From Haliotis rubra (Eukaryota): a stretch of 64,000 nt of DNA. Within the stretch, counting starts at the first letter, position 1. The number at the start of each line of letters is the position of its first letter. The position numbers were made by a program, and so were the translations under genes. The stretch is taken from the NCBI RefSeq assembly GCF_003918875.1, contig NW_025767346.1, positions 1,178,001 to 1,242,000 of the forward strand, read 5' to 3'. This document shows, one piece after another, positions 49,242 through 62,149 of the stretch. Under the pieces are notes generated by a model, which was not told where the DNA came from, did no database searches, and saw nothing but the letters and a program-made list of their open reading frames with translations.

Positions 49242-49700
49242 CAGGGTCCCGATCCACGCATTCGTAACGTTACGACCTGTCGTAACTCCATAGACTTGCC
49301 ATAGACTTGCCAGCGTTGTAACTCTACGAACGCTTTGTGGATAGAAACCCTGCATCTTAGAGTATGTGTATGAGATACGCATTAACGTACCAGCATCGTA
49401 GCATACGTAAGTGCATTAACACAACCACGCATTAGCGTACCAGCATCGTAGCGTATCTGTATCAACAAATTCATGCATTAGCGTACCAGTATCGTAGCGC
49501 ATGTGTATCAACACATCCACGCATTAGCTACCAATCGTAGCGCTAAGATGATCGTAACTCCCATACTTTAACCTAGACTTACGACAGTCGTAGCGCTACT
49601 ATCGCTTTGAGGAACGGGGCCCATCATCGTAGCATCCACGCATAAGTGTACCAGCATCGTAGCGTAAGTGTATCAACACATCCACCCATTAGCGTACCAG
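49242..49700. repeat. ~46-50-bp tandem repeat (GCATTAGCGTACCAGCATCGTAGCGTATGTGTATCAACACATCCAC) interleaved with two MITE copies (49245-49349, 49535-49622)
   Basis: Repeat units at 49378, 49428, 49475, 49520, about 49640 and about 49688; MITE right TIR GCTTTGAGGAACGGGGCCC at about 49604-49622. Confidence 0.8.
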
Positions 49701-51477
49701 CATTCAAGAATTTTATTCTATATTATCATCATTATTGGTATTGGTAATCCGTTGTAATCCGTTTTGAAATACTACAGTCTTTTCTTAGATTTATCCGTAT
49801 TGCTTCCATGACAACTATCAATTCATCTAATAGTTCCCAGAATGTTTAGGCCCAGCTATTCGAAAACTGATAAAACTGTCGCCATATCTTGAACAGGACA
49901 TTAGTGCTGGCATGCCTATTAATTCAACCGTGCCGGCGAATACTGTTAAACATGTAAAACACGTTATAATATATTCAGCAAAAGCAGCGAAGACTTGAAG
50001 ACCCCAAAAATGCCAGCTGATTCTTTTCGAGAATAACAGTAACCGAGGTCTGTTTTAGGATAAAGAAACCTAAGATGTAATATTGGAACCATAATACATG
50101 AATGTATTCCATTATACCAACCTCTGCTGCAGCGTTCAGCATGCCTTGTTAAGTGAGATTTGATAGTGCGTGCATGGAGATATTTTAGCAACTGACACAG
50201 TGTACTTTCCTGAAATACCGCAATAATCTCATCTCGATTATTGATTTCCATTTCACGTATCACAACCATTCCAGATCAGGCTTCATAGGAACAAAGAATG
50301 AAATAACATTTGAACGTCTTAGCTTTTAATACCGGTTTGAACTGGGGTGGTGTTGGCGACTTTGATGTTTGAACGCTAAGAGGTCTACACACTGTCATAA
50401 TACGTCATTGAATAAATATCCTTCCTCCAGGCTTAACTCATAACAAATTAAACTAAACCCCATCAAAGTCAGCTGACGAGAAAAGGAGACAAGACGTTTC
50501 ACGCCACGACAGCCAAACAAGGCCATAACAGGGATGAAATTAAATACAACTCCTTTGCCGTAAACGCCGTATGTTGACTTTTCATCCGACCCGTGCGGAA
50601 GCACAAAGACGAATCACGGCTCTGCGCTAGTTGTATTCATCCGCAACGGCAAACGTCCTTGGCGGGTTAATGTAAAGATGATGAAGATTAAAAGCGGTCC
50701 GTGGTTTGATGGTATCAATGCGTCATCTTTCTGTACCCATCATTGGTCTGCAGAAGGACAGGCTTGACGGCAGGTAATTCAATCATTCTCGTCGAGCCGC
50801 TGTGTTCGTGAAAAAAATCCCATCGAGATTAAGTCGCCATAATTCCCGTCCACGGCACCAGTTTATGACTGATCATTATGTCCGAGACTGGACCAAGAAT
50901 ACCATTAAATACCAATTTTTCTTTTTGTATCTCATGCGCGTGTATTGGGTAGTGATGATGTAGGGGGGCGGCCATTATGTCCAAACCGGATTACACTCAC
51001 GACACGGTTCTTAAAGTTATCACCCACGTCAAATAAAGATTAACTTTAAGACCAGTCTGATGTTAGCACTGTATAGTTTTGGCCTGTCCCCACAAATGAG
51101 GAGGTAGTGATTGATATGATTAATAGGTCTGGTCTTGTGAAGAAGCAATTATGAAAACGTATCAAGTCGATGTACCGTGTTGGACGTCGATCACAAATGT
51201 CTGCGCTAAAAACTTCCTGGAAGAAAGTTTCGTAAAAGGTTTTGTAAAATAGATTTTACAAAAAGTAATTTTCGAGAATGTAGGATCTCACAAGTCTCTC
51301 GGTTCAAAGCTGCGAACATGCATTGGCTGATAGAGTAAGTGAGTGAGTTTTAACGGCACTTTGAGCAGTATTCCAGTGATGTTATGCCGTGTCAGCTGCA
51401 TGGGGAGGGAAACCCGAAGTAATGCTGGTGCTAATCGTTTACTATTTTAGAGAAATTTGGTTATAGTGCTCACAAAC

Positions 51478-52215
51478 GCCACCCGATCCCGTTAGTCGTC
51501 CTACAACAAGTATGGGTTGTTGAAGATCAGGTATAATACGGATCTTCAGGGTGACACTGCTCTCTGGTTTCTACATAATGGGGATGTCCATACCTGCGTC
51601 ACCCGTGCCTTTGTTCGTATCGCGAGTTAATACGACGGGATATAACTGAGATACTCGTCTAAGCGGACTGAACCCAACTCACTGACTCACTCACACACAC
51701 ACTCACTCACTGACTCACCCACACACTCACTCACTCACTCACTCACTCACTTACCCACCCACCCACTCACTCACTCACTCACTGTAGATACCCTGTGAAG
51801 ATCCAGTGCAAATTGATCTTCAACAGCTCATGCTTTATCATGAGGCAACTGACAGGTGGTCAGCCTCGCTGACATGGTTCATACAGATCAACCTATCCGA
51901 CAGTCTGTATGACTCGAAAATGTCCCCATGAATTGCTAAATATATATTTAGAAAGGTAGTTGATAAATATTACGAGGCAAGATGTTCATGAATAACCTAT
52001 GCCCAAACACCTTTTCATCTATTAGAAATTGTCATGCATCACAGAAAAAGTTGTTTAACAAACTATCATCATTATAAACATGATTGTTGACAGTTGGCGC
52101 GGATCCACGCTCATGATGTCAATCACTGGATTGTCTTGTCCAGACTCGATTATTTACAGACCGCCGCCATATAGGTTGTATCTACAAACAAACAAACAAA
52201 CAAACAAACAAACAA
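51478..52215. mobile_element. Family B fragments (head 51478-51552 -; split copy 51791-51890 and 52095-52215 +) and an (ACTC)n tract at 51677-51783
   Basis: Diverged consensus matches. Confidence 0.7.
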
Positions 52216-52603
52216 GTAAACACTCACTGCCTTTGTTTGGAGCATCAAAACATTCTGCTTACCGCACGTGCCCGTCAAGCACCTGGCATCTCCCGAGTAA
52301 TGAGTTTTCAAAGAAAGCTATTCTTTTTAACTGGAACGTTCATTAGGCAGATAGTTTGCCTTTTCCTGCACTGACTGGAAAGCACGGCTTCTGACATTTC
52401 AAAAGTCTATTTTCTGATCGAGTAATTACGCCGTTTTGACAGGGAGACACTTTGTTTTCTGAAGGAAATTTACTTGTCAAGACGATGTCCTCGAGACTCA
52501 AATATTTTAAGACACACGGTTCGTATCCATGCCTCCTGGCTGGTCTTTATTAAATGTAAATGGACATTTGAAAAGAAAGTTTGAATTTAGTTAATTTCTA
52601 AAT

Positions 52604-53914
52604 TAACGGTAAATGTATGTATTACATTTATCTCTTTGTGGTTTCGCCTGGTACAAGACCCAATAGTTCCACAGACAAAACTGAATCAATGCAACCCGGC
52701 GTTAAAGGTAGCCATTAAGCGGCACGTAAAGGCTGGAAGACCATGCGGTCACACGTGACCTACCACGTCACAATGGGATGGTTTGACCGGCCTTTTTGCA
52801 CACGATGTTTGTTGGTTGTTTAACGCCGCACTCTGCAATATTCCAGCTACAGGGCGGCGGTTTGTATATAATCGAGTCTGGACCAAACAATCCAATGATC
52901 AACAGCATGAGCATCGGTCTACTCAATTGGGACGCCTGAGATCCCGTCTTTCAACAAGCAGGGTTGCTGAAAACCAGAATTATATCCCGGATCTTCACGG
53001 GTTTGCACACGATGTAAAATGTGTCGGGACTGAACTTATTGCCCTAAACAAGGCCTTAAAGTAGTTCGATAACTTAGCTATTGGTATCTGAGGCTTAATA
53101 TAACGTTTATTCGCTATCTCGTTGACTGGATTGTTGTTGATCGTCCGCCCACAGTAGCGTCGCTTTGAATTTAATCTCTGTAATCTGACACGTGTCTTGA
53201 AGACACGTTGAAAACAACAGCTGTCATTCCTCAATAAGTGTTGACAAATCCCTGCAGACAGACTTCACAAACCATTGTTCGTATTATGATTGAGTGAATC
53301 GAGGGAAGAGTGCATATGTGGGCGACATGTGACAACAGCAACAATGCATTTGATTTTCAAATGTTGAAATTTATTAAAAAGAAGGCGTTTTCAAATCCTC
53401 CTCGCCTCTCACAAGACAAGTTTGTTCAATAAGGAGGTCTTGATATTCAAACATTACATCCCTGGGCCATGTTTCACAAAGCGATCTTAGCATTAAGGCA
53501 ATCGTAACCTCCTCACTTTAGTCCAGACGTACGACGACATTGTAGCAGTACTGTTTCTTTGTGGAACCGGACCGTGGGCATCGTATCCCAATTGCGTAGA
53601 TCGATGATCATGCTGTTGATCATTGGATTGTCTGGTCCAGACTCGATTATATACAAACCGCCGCCCTGTAGCTGGAATATTGCAGAGTGCGGCGTTAAAC
53701 AACCAACAAACATCGTGTGCAAAAAGGCCGGTCAAACCATCCCATTGTGACGTGGTAGGTCACGTGTGACCGCATGGTCTTCCAGCCTTTACGTGCCGCT
53801 TAATGGCTACCTTTAACGCCGGGTTGCATTGATTCAGTTTTGTCTGTGGAACTATTGGGTCTTGTACCAGGCGAAACCACAAAGAGATAAATGTAATACA
53901 TACATTTACCGTTA
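52604..53914. repeat. Long inverted repeat: 329-bp arms (52604-52932, 53586-53914) and a 653-bp spacer; each arm is about 200 bp unique DNA plus the 3' half of family B
   Basis: Arms are reverse complements with only about 4 mismatches by eye, all near the inner ends. Confidence 0.95.
53465..53573. mobile_element. Diverged MITE of the 36260 family
   Basis: CTGGGCCATGTTTCACAAAGCGATCTTAGC...CTTTGTGGAACCGGACC. Confidence 0.65.
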
Positions 53915-53994
53915 CTTGTTCTAAGCTTAGTTTATCGTACTAATGTGTTACCGTGATAGGTTTATTGTGTAATTAGCATTGTACTTTGTTTGCC

Positions 53995-54308
53995 TTGTGG
54001 TTAAAGTTTTCGATTGTCACGCCAAGACCCAGGTTCGATTCTCAATTCGATTCCCGATTCGATGTGTGAAGCCCATTGCTCGCCGTGATATTGAATTTAC
54101 TAAAAGCAGCGTAAAACCCAACTCACTCATTCAATTTTGTTATGAGATGAGTGAGTGAGTATGTTTTAACGCCGCTTTTAGCAATATTCCAACAATATCA
54201 CAGCGGGGGACACCAGAAATGGGCTTCACACTTTGTACCCATGTGGGGAATCGAACCCGGGTCTTCGGCGTGAAGAGCGAACGCTTAACCACTAGGCTAC
54301 CCACCGCC
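53995..54308. mobile_element. Tail-to-tail family A SINE pair (53995-54130 +, 54149-54308 -)
   Basis: Consensus matches. Confidence 0.85.
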
Positions 54309-55271
54309 TGATAAGAAATGAATTGGCCCATAATTCGAAGAAACGTAGATTATCTTAAGCTCACCTAAACACGTGACCCTCATTATCAATAAGCCTAATA
54401 AGGCTTTACTGCAACTAGTGCCCATTTGCATTCCCTTAACACGACAGTAATGAGTGGAGAAATTAAATCTTCGTTGTCTCTTTGTCTGGTACAGTTAATT
54501 ATCAAGAGAGATTTGATCTGAAGGGAAGCCCTTCCGTGCTTGCAATGAGTGGAGAGAGGGCAGACCATCGTTAACGAAATATTTATATACTTATTTGGGG
54601 CTAGTACAAAGATATTCGTATTAAAATATTTTAGTACTGTTTGATGGAATAAATTGTTTCATTATTAGGGATTGATGACGGTTTGAGTGGGAGTATAAAC
54701 CCTTGTGTTTCGATGGCAGATACGCTGATCTTCTTCCGACGAAAATAAACCGCCAGTGTGTTTCCGCAGCATAGTTTTGATCATTAATAGGCTTGGCTAT
54801 AGTATTAAGTTGAGAAGGGGAGGCGAAGATATCCAATTAGATGACTACTATTGGACTTGTATGTCTGGGTTTGTGCAAAATATACGCCGTGACGTCATCG
54901 TGATAGTCACGTGGTCACGTTATGACTGCAGACAATGATATGCTTCTTGTATAGCAGTGATGAAAACCATTTTGACGGACCCACAGCCAATTGCAAACTT
55001 GTTATTCAGCCTGTTTTTCTCTTCAGGAGTTATGTCCCTTTGTTACATGAAACATGCACTGGTTGCATAGCAACTTCTTTGATATAGGGATCGGTAGCAT
55101 AGAATGGTGGGGAAACCACTTGTTCGTCACGCTTACGTCCCTGGTTCGATTTCTCAGATGGATATCATGTTTTGAATCCGATATGTCGTGTCCCCTGTCG
55201 TAATAGTGCTGAAAAATTGCCAAAGGCGGCGTAAAACCTCACTCACTCGTTGCTCTTACCCTACTTCTTTC

Positions 55272-55437
55272 GGGGCGGTGGGGTAGCCTAGAGGGTAAAG
55301 CGTTCGCTCGTCGCCGAAGACCCGGGTTCCATTCCCCACATGGGTACAATGTTTGAAGCCCATTTCTGGTGTCCTCCGCCGTGATATTGCAAGAATATTG
55401 CTAAAAGCGGCGTAAAATTAAACCTACTCACTCACTC
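55272..55437 (+). mobile_element. Family A SINE, preceded by an older copy at about 55095-55248
   Basis: TSD CCT(A/G)CTTCTTTC. Confidence 0.9.
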
Positions 55438-56633
55438 CTGCTTCTTTCAGGTTTGAGAGAGTAAGTTTGGTTCTAGAACGTGTTTGTCTGTCAGATGCAC
55501 TTAGAGTTATCTCACCACGCGTTAGTTTACAAGAAAAGGGAACAGCTAAAGAGACGCAAGTCAAAGACGCTGCCATTTTCACCAACGGCAAAGAGTTGAA
55601 GGAACCTTTGTTTCAAGTCTCTTGTCGGTTAAAATATAACTTGTCGGATCTTCAGATCCCACGTGATCAATGACGACTCTCTGACAAGTTTAAGTACTGC
55701 ATATTGGATGTTGGGACGGTCGTTTATCAACGTTAAAGGGTCTTCCAGAGTCAATTAATGGACGTCTTGGAGGAAGAAAAACTCCCCAAATCCATCGTGA
55801 AGAGATAAGACTGTTCCCTCAAACAGTCACTTACACCGAACGGGCCAACGAAACAGGGAAGTTTTCATTGAAATAATCGAAGACAAAAACTGGCCCCCAC
55901 AATACAAGAGGGAATACCGCATTCAATTTGAGGCAAGGGGAAGAAAGCTTACTACCCATCATCGATCTTCGTATGTTTCGCCGTTGAACGCATCCCGGTC
56001 TAATAGCGGTCTGCGTTCATGATTGAAAACTATGTTTGTGGAAATCTGTTTTTAACACCTGTCGAACAAGATTCAGTAGAGGTTGCCTGGGGGTGAATAC
56101 TAACGATTTTCTATAGACAGAGGACTTTGATAAAATCCTCATCACTGGCAGAAAGCAAATTGTCCGTACGCGTGATAATTAATTGTGTCTCTCGAGTGTT
56201 TTTGACTTCCGGAATGGAGTATTTGACGATACCAGATGAGGTGTATACGGAGCTCGTCAAGTAGTACTTAGTCGTATTATTTTGCCTTTGAATGAGTACG
56301 TAGGTTTAAATTAGATCAACAGGGGGAAAGGAAGGTTGTGACGTGATGTTTTTTGTGTTGATGGTTTGTTTGTCGTTGGATAAACAGATGATCAAACGGG
56401 CAACTGGATTAATGAAGAAATTAGCTGATGCATAAATACATACTTATAGTGAGTGAAACAGTGAGTATAGGGTAACGGTTAGCTTTCGGAAGCATTCCAG
56501 CAATATCACAACGGAGGTTGAAAGGAATCTCATATATTTTACCCAAGTTGGGAATTTGGGATTCGAACACTATATTCTAGGTGAATAGCAAACGCATGAA
56601 CAAGTAGGCCAAATCTGTGATTTTATTCAAGTA

Positions 56634-56795
56634 GTGAGTGAGTTTGGTTTTGCGTCGCTTTTAGCAATATTCCAGCAATATTACGGAATGAGACACCAGA
56701 AATGGGATTAACACAAAGTGCCCATGTGGGGAATCGAACCCTGGTCTTCAGCGTGACGACCGAACGCTTTAACCACTAGGCTAACCCCATCGCCC
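56634..56795 (-). mobile_element. Family A SINE
   Basis: Consensus match; flanks TTTTATTC(A/T)AG. Confidence 0.85.
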
Positions 56796-58042
56796 TTTTT
56801 ATTCTAGGAAACCCCGATATTACGGACAGTAGGCTTTCCATAGAATTCATCCTAAATACAGCTGATTCGTACCTACAGAAGGGTCTGAATTTTGAAAACC
56901 CTTCATGATGAGTGAACCAGCATTACCTGTATTCCCCTTCGCTTGCCTATCAGAGAACTTCCGGATTTAGGAATCATTATTCATTGGCACATTATTCCCA
57001 ATCGTTCATAAATAACTCACATATTGCTGGATTAAATGGTATTTTGTTCTTTCCCACAATTAAAGAAAAACGCCCCTTGTTCCAGGTTCAGCTTGCGTAG
57101 AGACTAATGTTTTACTTACAGAACATAATGCGTCTTTTAATGACAGTCATTTTCTGTTACACTTGACCACAGCATCTCCAACCGGAAGTATGCAATCAAA
57201 CTGGTTTAATTATGTACATACGCTTCCTCTTATCCGTTCTGTGTCCAAGCTCTTCAACTAAAAGACCCCAAATTCAATTACTCGGAATCTTCACAGTGCC
57301 ATATCCCAGTGCGCCAATTCTCAATGTCACAACTACTTACCTGGGTAGACTCTAATTAAATACCTATTTACCGTTCTACTTGGCCAAATCCATTCACAAA
57401 CACCCGTTCCATAGAAACGCCTCACGTAATAACCCAAAGCTGACGTCATCTACATCCAGACCAAAACCTAATGCCCAACGCAGCCCAAAGAATGCAAGGT
57501 TATTTGCATCGAGCATACAGTCGCATTTTCACCTGTTGTATTGGGGAAATGAAATGCGTCTAAGTTGTCGTTACCGTTCGATCGGGCCTGGTGATTTACA
57601 AAATGGGTGGCGTATTGAACATAAAGGTCTTTTATCTGTTGAGTAGAAGTTGTCAGATGAGCGATCGGCCCGACTCCAATTGATCATTGCAATCCGTTCC
57701 ATCAACCGTTCCGTGCCGACAAACAATCGTGTTTTCGAGGTACGTTTCGCACTTTAATCACGTTGTCTGCGGTAGTCATGCAAGGGCGCCGTCTCTGTCT
57801 GTTGTTATTTAGTGCAACTGAAGAGTATTCGGTACAGGAGCCAGTTTGTCGCAGTGAGTCGATATCATTGAGAGATTATATAATCATATACTGCTCAACA
57901 GCTATTTCATAACTATTCCAGTATTATTTGGGACAGATTGGGGTTAATACTGACAGTAACGTTTATTTTTCAAGCTTGGCTATGTTGCTGCAAGTTAATA
58001 ACATTTACTGTCTTATTCGGTCGTTTTTAATGTAACTGTGTT

Positions 58043-58245
58043 CCGTGAAGATCCGGGTTAGAATTGATCTTCGGCATCCTATATTTGTGGAAGGAGGCGA
58101 GTAATGGGATCGAATGATCAGGCTCGGTGACTTGGTTGACACATCGTATCTCGATTGTGTAGATCACTTGTTGATTGTCTGGTCCAAAACCGAGTATTTA
58201 CGGACTGACGTCTGTAGCTGAAATACTGCTGCGTAAAAGAACAAA
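58043..58245 (+). mobile_element. Family B retroposon, old
   Basis: CCGTGAAGATCCGGGTTAGAATTGATCTTC head with decayed body. Confidence 0.8.
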
Positions 58246-58447
58246 TAACGTAGCTATGTATACACATGATTACATCATGATAACAGGTACTTTTATGGAC
58301 AAAGAATAGTGTTACATTATTCAATGAATGTGGTTAAAATGTATTGCACACTGACAATGTTTGAGTTATTATAATGTTAAAGTTTTAATATGCGGGTGTT
58401 CAGTGCTGAAAAATAACGGTTTTAGTTATCCAAACATGTACAGACCC

Positions 58448-58578
58448 TGAGTGAGTGAGTGAGTGAGTGTGGTTTTACGCCGTTTTAAGCAATAGCCCAG
58501 CAATATCACGGCAGGGGACAACCAGAAATGGGCTTCACAGATTGTATCCATGTGGGGAATCGAACCCGGGTCTTCGGC
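58448..58578 (-). mobile_element. Family A SINE, 5'-truncated
   Basis: Tail, body and B box. Confidence 0.85.
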
Positions 58579-59721
58579 TTGGATGCAATGGATGACTTGA
58601 TATTCTTCATTAATTTGTTGCGTATATTTTCGGAATATGTCACAAATTAACACTTGCTGGTATTATCCGGATCAGACTATCATTCAATAAGACGGGGCGG
58701 TTTTGATCTTACGTATGTGCAGTCATAATGATGAAATGTACTTTGTGTACACTTTTACAATTACGAAAAAAATGTATATTTTGTAATTTATATTATCCCA
58801 TTTTTTCTCAAGTTGCTGAAATGTTTTCGGACTGAAATCAATTATTGTGTCGGCTGGAATGGGGTATTTAGTGGAAACGCCCAGCCATAGAACATCACCT
58901 TGCGTGACCCCGCTTCAAGCTGGCCCCTGTACAGGAAACTGAAAGGTCATTCCTGGAACACGGTACATTGTTTTGCCAGCCTCTGTCTAATGGTGATTGA
59001 TGGACCACGTGCATTTTGCATACTCATGCTGATAGTGTTATGATTGATATGTTCATTATGTTCACAGCTTTTGAAATGTACATGTGGCAGCTGTTCTCAT
59101 TTTTCACGAGTCTCGGTGACTGCATACGATCTACATGTTGATTAATGAGGGAATTTTCGTGTCATCTTGTGTTCTAAAGCTTGTGAACTCCGCTGCCGTT
59201 TACCGTACAGAGTTGTGTCCCTTGCTTGTGCCAGGAAAGGTTGGTCTTTGGTTCGAATCTCAGATGGATCATGGTCGTGATGTGTCAGTACTATAGACTC
59301 TAGTGATCTATATTACTATAAACGTCAAAACACGTATATAGTACACGTAGTAGAGTTGTGTTTCCTTAGTTGTGACAGGATCTGAAGATTATGTTTTTCT
59401 AGTTACATTAGTGGCTGGGAGTCACTACACGTGAATAATGCCTAAGTGAGTGATTAACATCAAAGATTGCAACCACAGCTACTCTGCGCCGCTTTCCTCC
59501 AGCGGTAAAAGAATACGTGTGACACAGTCTGCATTGTGTAACATTGACAGGTTATTACAGCCCCGCGCGCCTCTAGCACTCCCTTTTCTTACTCTCTGCC
59601 CCTCTATCTCTGTCTCTAACTATCTCTATCTCTCTCTTACTGTGTCTTCTTTGTCTCTCTGTTTTCTGTCTCTTCTCTCTTGCTCCCTCTCTCGCTGTCT
59701 CCTCTGTTTCTGTCTCTGTCT

Positions 59722-59917
59722 NNNNNNNNNNNNNNNNNNNNNNNNNNNNNNNNNNNNNNNNNNNNNNNNNNNNNNNNNNNNNNNNNNNNNNNNNNNNNNN
59801 NNNNNNNNNNNNNNNNNNNNNNNNNNNNNNNNNNNNNNNNNNNNNNNNNNNNNNNNNNNNNNNNNNNNNNNNNNNNNNNNNNNNNNNNNNNNNNNNNNNN
59901 NNNNNNNNNNNNNNNNN
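59722..59917. other. Assembly gap (196 N), preceded by a CT-rich tract at about 59590-59721
   Basis: Run of N. Confidence 0.99.
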
Positions 59918-60937
59918 CTGTGTTTATACCACTGATTTCACACCACAAACGGCTACATCAGGTCTTTTTGGACTTAAATCAATATGCACAAATGAGTTGC
60001 CGTGATTGCAACAGCTCTCATGATGGTATTCGTTCAGCTACCAGGTATCATCTCAGCAGATTTCCATTGTTACTTTGTTGTTATGATCAGCCATCGTTTC
60101 AGCAAGTCATCTTCTCCTGCATCTGAAGCCCCCTCTTAATGTTCCTCGCGCAATATGATCAGTGTATTACTCACTCACGTTAATTGGACTTAATGGATTT
60201 TTCATCTAACCCCTTGTTTTAAAACTTCAATCAATAAAGATGCCAATCATCTCAATGGTGAAACTGACAAGTTTATGTTTCTCTGTAAGTGGCACGTTAA
60301 CATTTGATAACGGGAATTACACCGTAACTCTAACGGTATCGTTAGACTGACCGTATCGAAAGATTTAATGGAAATTTGGTTTTATTCGGAAAGGAGTTTA
60401 TGAACGTTTTTAAAATCAACACATGCTGTTCATCAAAGAAGTTCATGGAGTCCGTTCCTGGAAGGAGAAACATTATCGGTAATCAAGCGTAGCGAGAGCC
60501 AATTGTACTCATCAAGAAACATTCCTGATTACGTCTTGCTAAACAAGCAGGTAGTATCGCAGTGTGTTAATTCCCTACGTCAATACTGACACAAGCTGCG
60601 TTCCAGTTATAGTGGGAACATCTTTGTCGATGAAATATACACTGGGAGATATTTCATCCTTCTGGTATACATTACACATGTGCATTGCACATGTTCTACT
60701 TGTCGTAAGATCGATGGAATTTCTATGAAAGGATTTCGTGAATTCCATGCACCTGGCGAAGGTGTGTTTGCTAACGTTTAGCTGCAAACTCAAACATAGG
60801 AAAACAAAACACTCGTAAAGTAGATCGTGTCAGTGGGTGCTTTCAAAGGCATCTCTAAATCTTAAGTTAACGATTGTGATGTCAGGTAAACATGATCTTG
60901 TTGGTAATCAAAAACCGGAGAGGTTTTTGTTTTCAAT

Positions 60938-61035
60938 CGTTTCCGTTCAGTGAACGTTTCTGTTCAGTTAACGTTTCCGTTCAGTCAACGTTTCCGTTCA
61001 GTCAACGTTTCCGTTCAGTCAACGTTTTTTTCAGT
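60938..61035. repeat. 17-bp minisatellite CGTTTCCGTTCAGTCAA, about 5 copies
   Basis: Direct inspection. Confidence 0.9.
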
Positions 61036-61145
61036 TTGTTGTTTATTTACCGTCAGTTTTACGCGCCTGTTGGTCCCTATCCACAAAGCGTTTGTATCGT
61101 TACTTGTCGTAACTCGAGAATTAATCATAGATGGATAGCGCGCGG

Positions 61146-61307
61146 AGTGAGTGAGTGACTTTGGTGAGCTTTTATAATTATTCCAGCAATATCACGGCAA
61201 GGGGACACTAGAAATGGGCTTCACACATTATGCCCATGTGGAGAAACGAACCCGGGTCTTCGACGTGACGAGCGAACGCTTCAACCACTAGGCTACCCCA
61301 CCGCCCC
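61146..61307 (-). mobile_element. Family A SINE
   Basis: AACCACTAGGCTACCCCACCGCCCC head on the minus strand. Confidence 0.88.
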
Positions 61308-61796
61308 GTAGAGCGATGAACGTTTGTGAATCGTTTCCCTGGACCTTACAGTCCAGTGTTTGACACCATGAGCATCAAATCACTGCGTGATGATTCGCAG
61401 TTGATTAGTTTGACCACCAGTCAATGCAGTCGACTATATCGACCAATGTAGTCTTCCGCTATGAACCAATTCCAATCCGGAATTCCCGAGAGAATCTCCA
61501 GTAGCAGAACATAATCCCCATTTAGGTGAAAATTAAATTATACATGTGACTGACCGAGTATAGTTTTACGCCGTTTTAAGCCATTCACCAGGATTTCAAT
61601 CATGATGTTTAGTCATCTTTAAATTGGGCAACCGAAGTACGTGAGTTAGATTAGTTTAACTAGTTTAAACATTGTTTTAAAGCAACACCACGGCATATCA
61701 GATTGTTGGTGGGTTTGTTTAACGCCGGTTAAACAGTATTTTACATATCCTAAGTTAAATGGGCGAGAAAAACTTCATGTGAGGCAGGTCTCAATT

Positions 61797-61957
61797 AGTG
61801 AGTGAGTTGGGGTTTGTTCCACTTTTAGACATAATCCAGGAATATCACGGCGGGGTACACCTGAAATGGGCTTCACACATTTCACCCATGTTGGGATTCG
61901 AACCCGGGTGTTGGGTGTGACCCGCGAACGCTTTAACCACTAGGTTACATCACCACC
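61797..61957 (-). mobile_element. Family A SINE
   Basis: GGGATTCGAACCCGGG and CGCTTTAACCACTAGG. Confidence 0.85.
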
Positions 61958-62149
61958 CAAATTGTACATATATTCATATTAGCTGGTCATTCATGGTCAT
62001 AGCTATAGCTGTCCTTGTAGCGAAATATTGACTCTGAAGGTCCAATTGGTATTTTGCTGCGGAGTAAACGCGAAGCAATAGAGTTGAAAAACAAGGCTTC
62101 TTAATTCAATGTACATCTTATACCCATTTTTGTGATTACTATTATTATT

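Noticed and set aside
59450-60126. ORFs spanning 59.4-60.1 kb
   Set aside because: They read through the N gap and CT-rich low-complexity sequence
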